A stretch of DNA of 64,000 nucleotides from Camelus ferus. Its lineage: Eukaryota. A program made the translations under genes and the position numbers. Positions 62,821 to 64,000 of the stretch are shown one piece after another; the stretch's first letter is position 1; each line of letters begins with the position of its first letter. The stretch is taken from positions 4,776,001-4,840,000 of the forward strand of contig NC_045698.1 of assembly GCF_009834535.1 (NCBI RefSeq), given 5' to 3'. Under the pieces are notes generated by a model. That model saw only the letters and a program-made list of their open reading frames with translations. It was not told the origin of the DNA and searched no databases.

Positions 62821-63269
62821 ACTGTGCTCTTGGGCTTTTAATCAACATCTCAGCCCTAGTTTCCATGAAGATAAAATGGGAGAAATAATATACATCCCAG
62901 TTCAGGGCTGCCGTGAAATTCTTAACACACTTAAACACACACAGCTCTTATTTTAGCAGGTCCTTTGGCCCCAGTGCTGCTTATCTGAATCTTCCCTAAA
63001 GAGGTATGAGGAGAGTTAAGAGGACATGGAATTCCCATTAATTGGAAGCCACTTGTTGATGGCTTTTAAATGAATTGAAAAAAATGACAGAGACCAAACC
63101 AGTACGGATGACATCTGTCTATAGAATTTTTAGGAAAAAACACATCCAATGAGAGCAAATCAGATCAAACAAAAAGGGGGTCAGAATGATGCCGAAAAGT
63201 TCGACAGCAATGCTTGATGCTACAACACATAGAATCGTCACTTTCAAGTTCTGAAGAAAGATGACCTGT

Positions 63270-63400
63270 TATTTTATTTTACTGAAGTATAGTTGACTTC
63301 CAATGTTGTGATAGTCTCTGGTGTACAGAAAGGCGATTCAGATATATATGTATTTTTGTATTCCTTTCCATTATGGTTTATTAAAGGTTATTGAATATAG
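63270..63400 (-). mobile_element. Short young L1 3' stub
   Basis: TTTACTGAAGTATAGTTGAC...CTGGTGTACAG...AAGGTTATTGAATATAG. Confidence 0.8.
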
Positions 63401-63669
63401 AGAACAAAAAATAAATGGATTGAGACTGGGGGGTTTCCCATCTTTGGATCAGAGGAAAATAAAGTCAACGAAAAATGTGAAAATGAATTGCCAGTCAACA
63501 CCTCCAGTTTTTGTGAAGATTCCTCTCTTCCCACTGCCTCATCTCTCCACTAGGTCAGATTTTTTTAATTGGTTGTTGGGAACTGTCAACATTGTAGCAA
63601 GAAGGAAGTGAGTCAAAGTTAGGTAATTTGAGCTTTTCTCAAGACTTTTGCAGTCAATGCACACTGGAT

Positions 63670-64000
63670 AAGTCATCCATTCATTCCTTCCTTCTTCCCA
63701 GCATTCTACACAATATGGTGCACCTACTGTGTGCCAGACCAGAGAACTGGGTCAACAGTTGGGTAAACAGAAACAGACCTGGCCCTCCTAGAATTTACAG
63801 TTTAGTGGAGGGGCTTACAAGTTATACACACATAGGTAATTAAAAATTGTGACAAATGCAACCAAGAAAAAGTATAAAGTGTTATGAGAGAGTGAATGGT
63901 GGGGTTTGATGCCATCAGGATAAGTCAGAGAAGGCTTTGTGGAGGACAGGAATTTTAATTCAGTCTGAAATATGTACAGGAGAGAGCCCAGCAAAAGAGG
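63670..64000 (-). mobile_element. L2 3' end
   Basis: CATTCATTC tail, CACCTACTGTGTGCCAGAC, GTCAGAGAAGGCTT. Confidence 0.85.

Noticed and set aside
1..64000. A novel multi-gene or prokaryotic-type system (operon, CRISPR, defence island)
   Set aside because: The DNA is mammalian and repeat-rich; there are no long ORFs with coding character and no repeat-spacer array

Overview
Mammalian nuclear DNA, most likely camelid, because it carries several tRNA-derived Vic-1-type SINEs. It is not prokaryotic. I find no recognisable protein-coding gene, RNA gene or CRISPR array, and every interpretable ORF in the supplied track is a decayed LINE-1 or ERVL fragment or a chance ORF. The window reads as intergenic or deep-intronic sequence: a mosaic of L1 (old and lineage-specific), L2, MIR, MaLR/ERVL/ERV1 LTRs, MER DNA transposons and microsatellites. 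Between the repeats are repeat-poor, CpG-retaining unique blocks (about 6.2-7.5, 8.1-11.2, 14-17, 19.2-22.4, 24-28 and 39-43.6 kb) that look regulatory. The most notable directly visible structures are an unexplained 92/93-nt dispersed duplicate (20345-20436 and 21588-21680), three L1 insertions with twin-priming 5' inversions and intact TSDs, a prematurely ended L1 nested in another L1, an ERV1-like solo LTR, and an ERVL relic whose pol fragment is inverted relative to its PPT/LTR. I cannot support a claim of a novel multi-gene system. Repeat subfamily names come from recognising consensus motifs by eye, not from a database run, and boundaries of old repeats are approximate.
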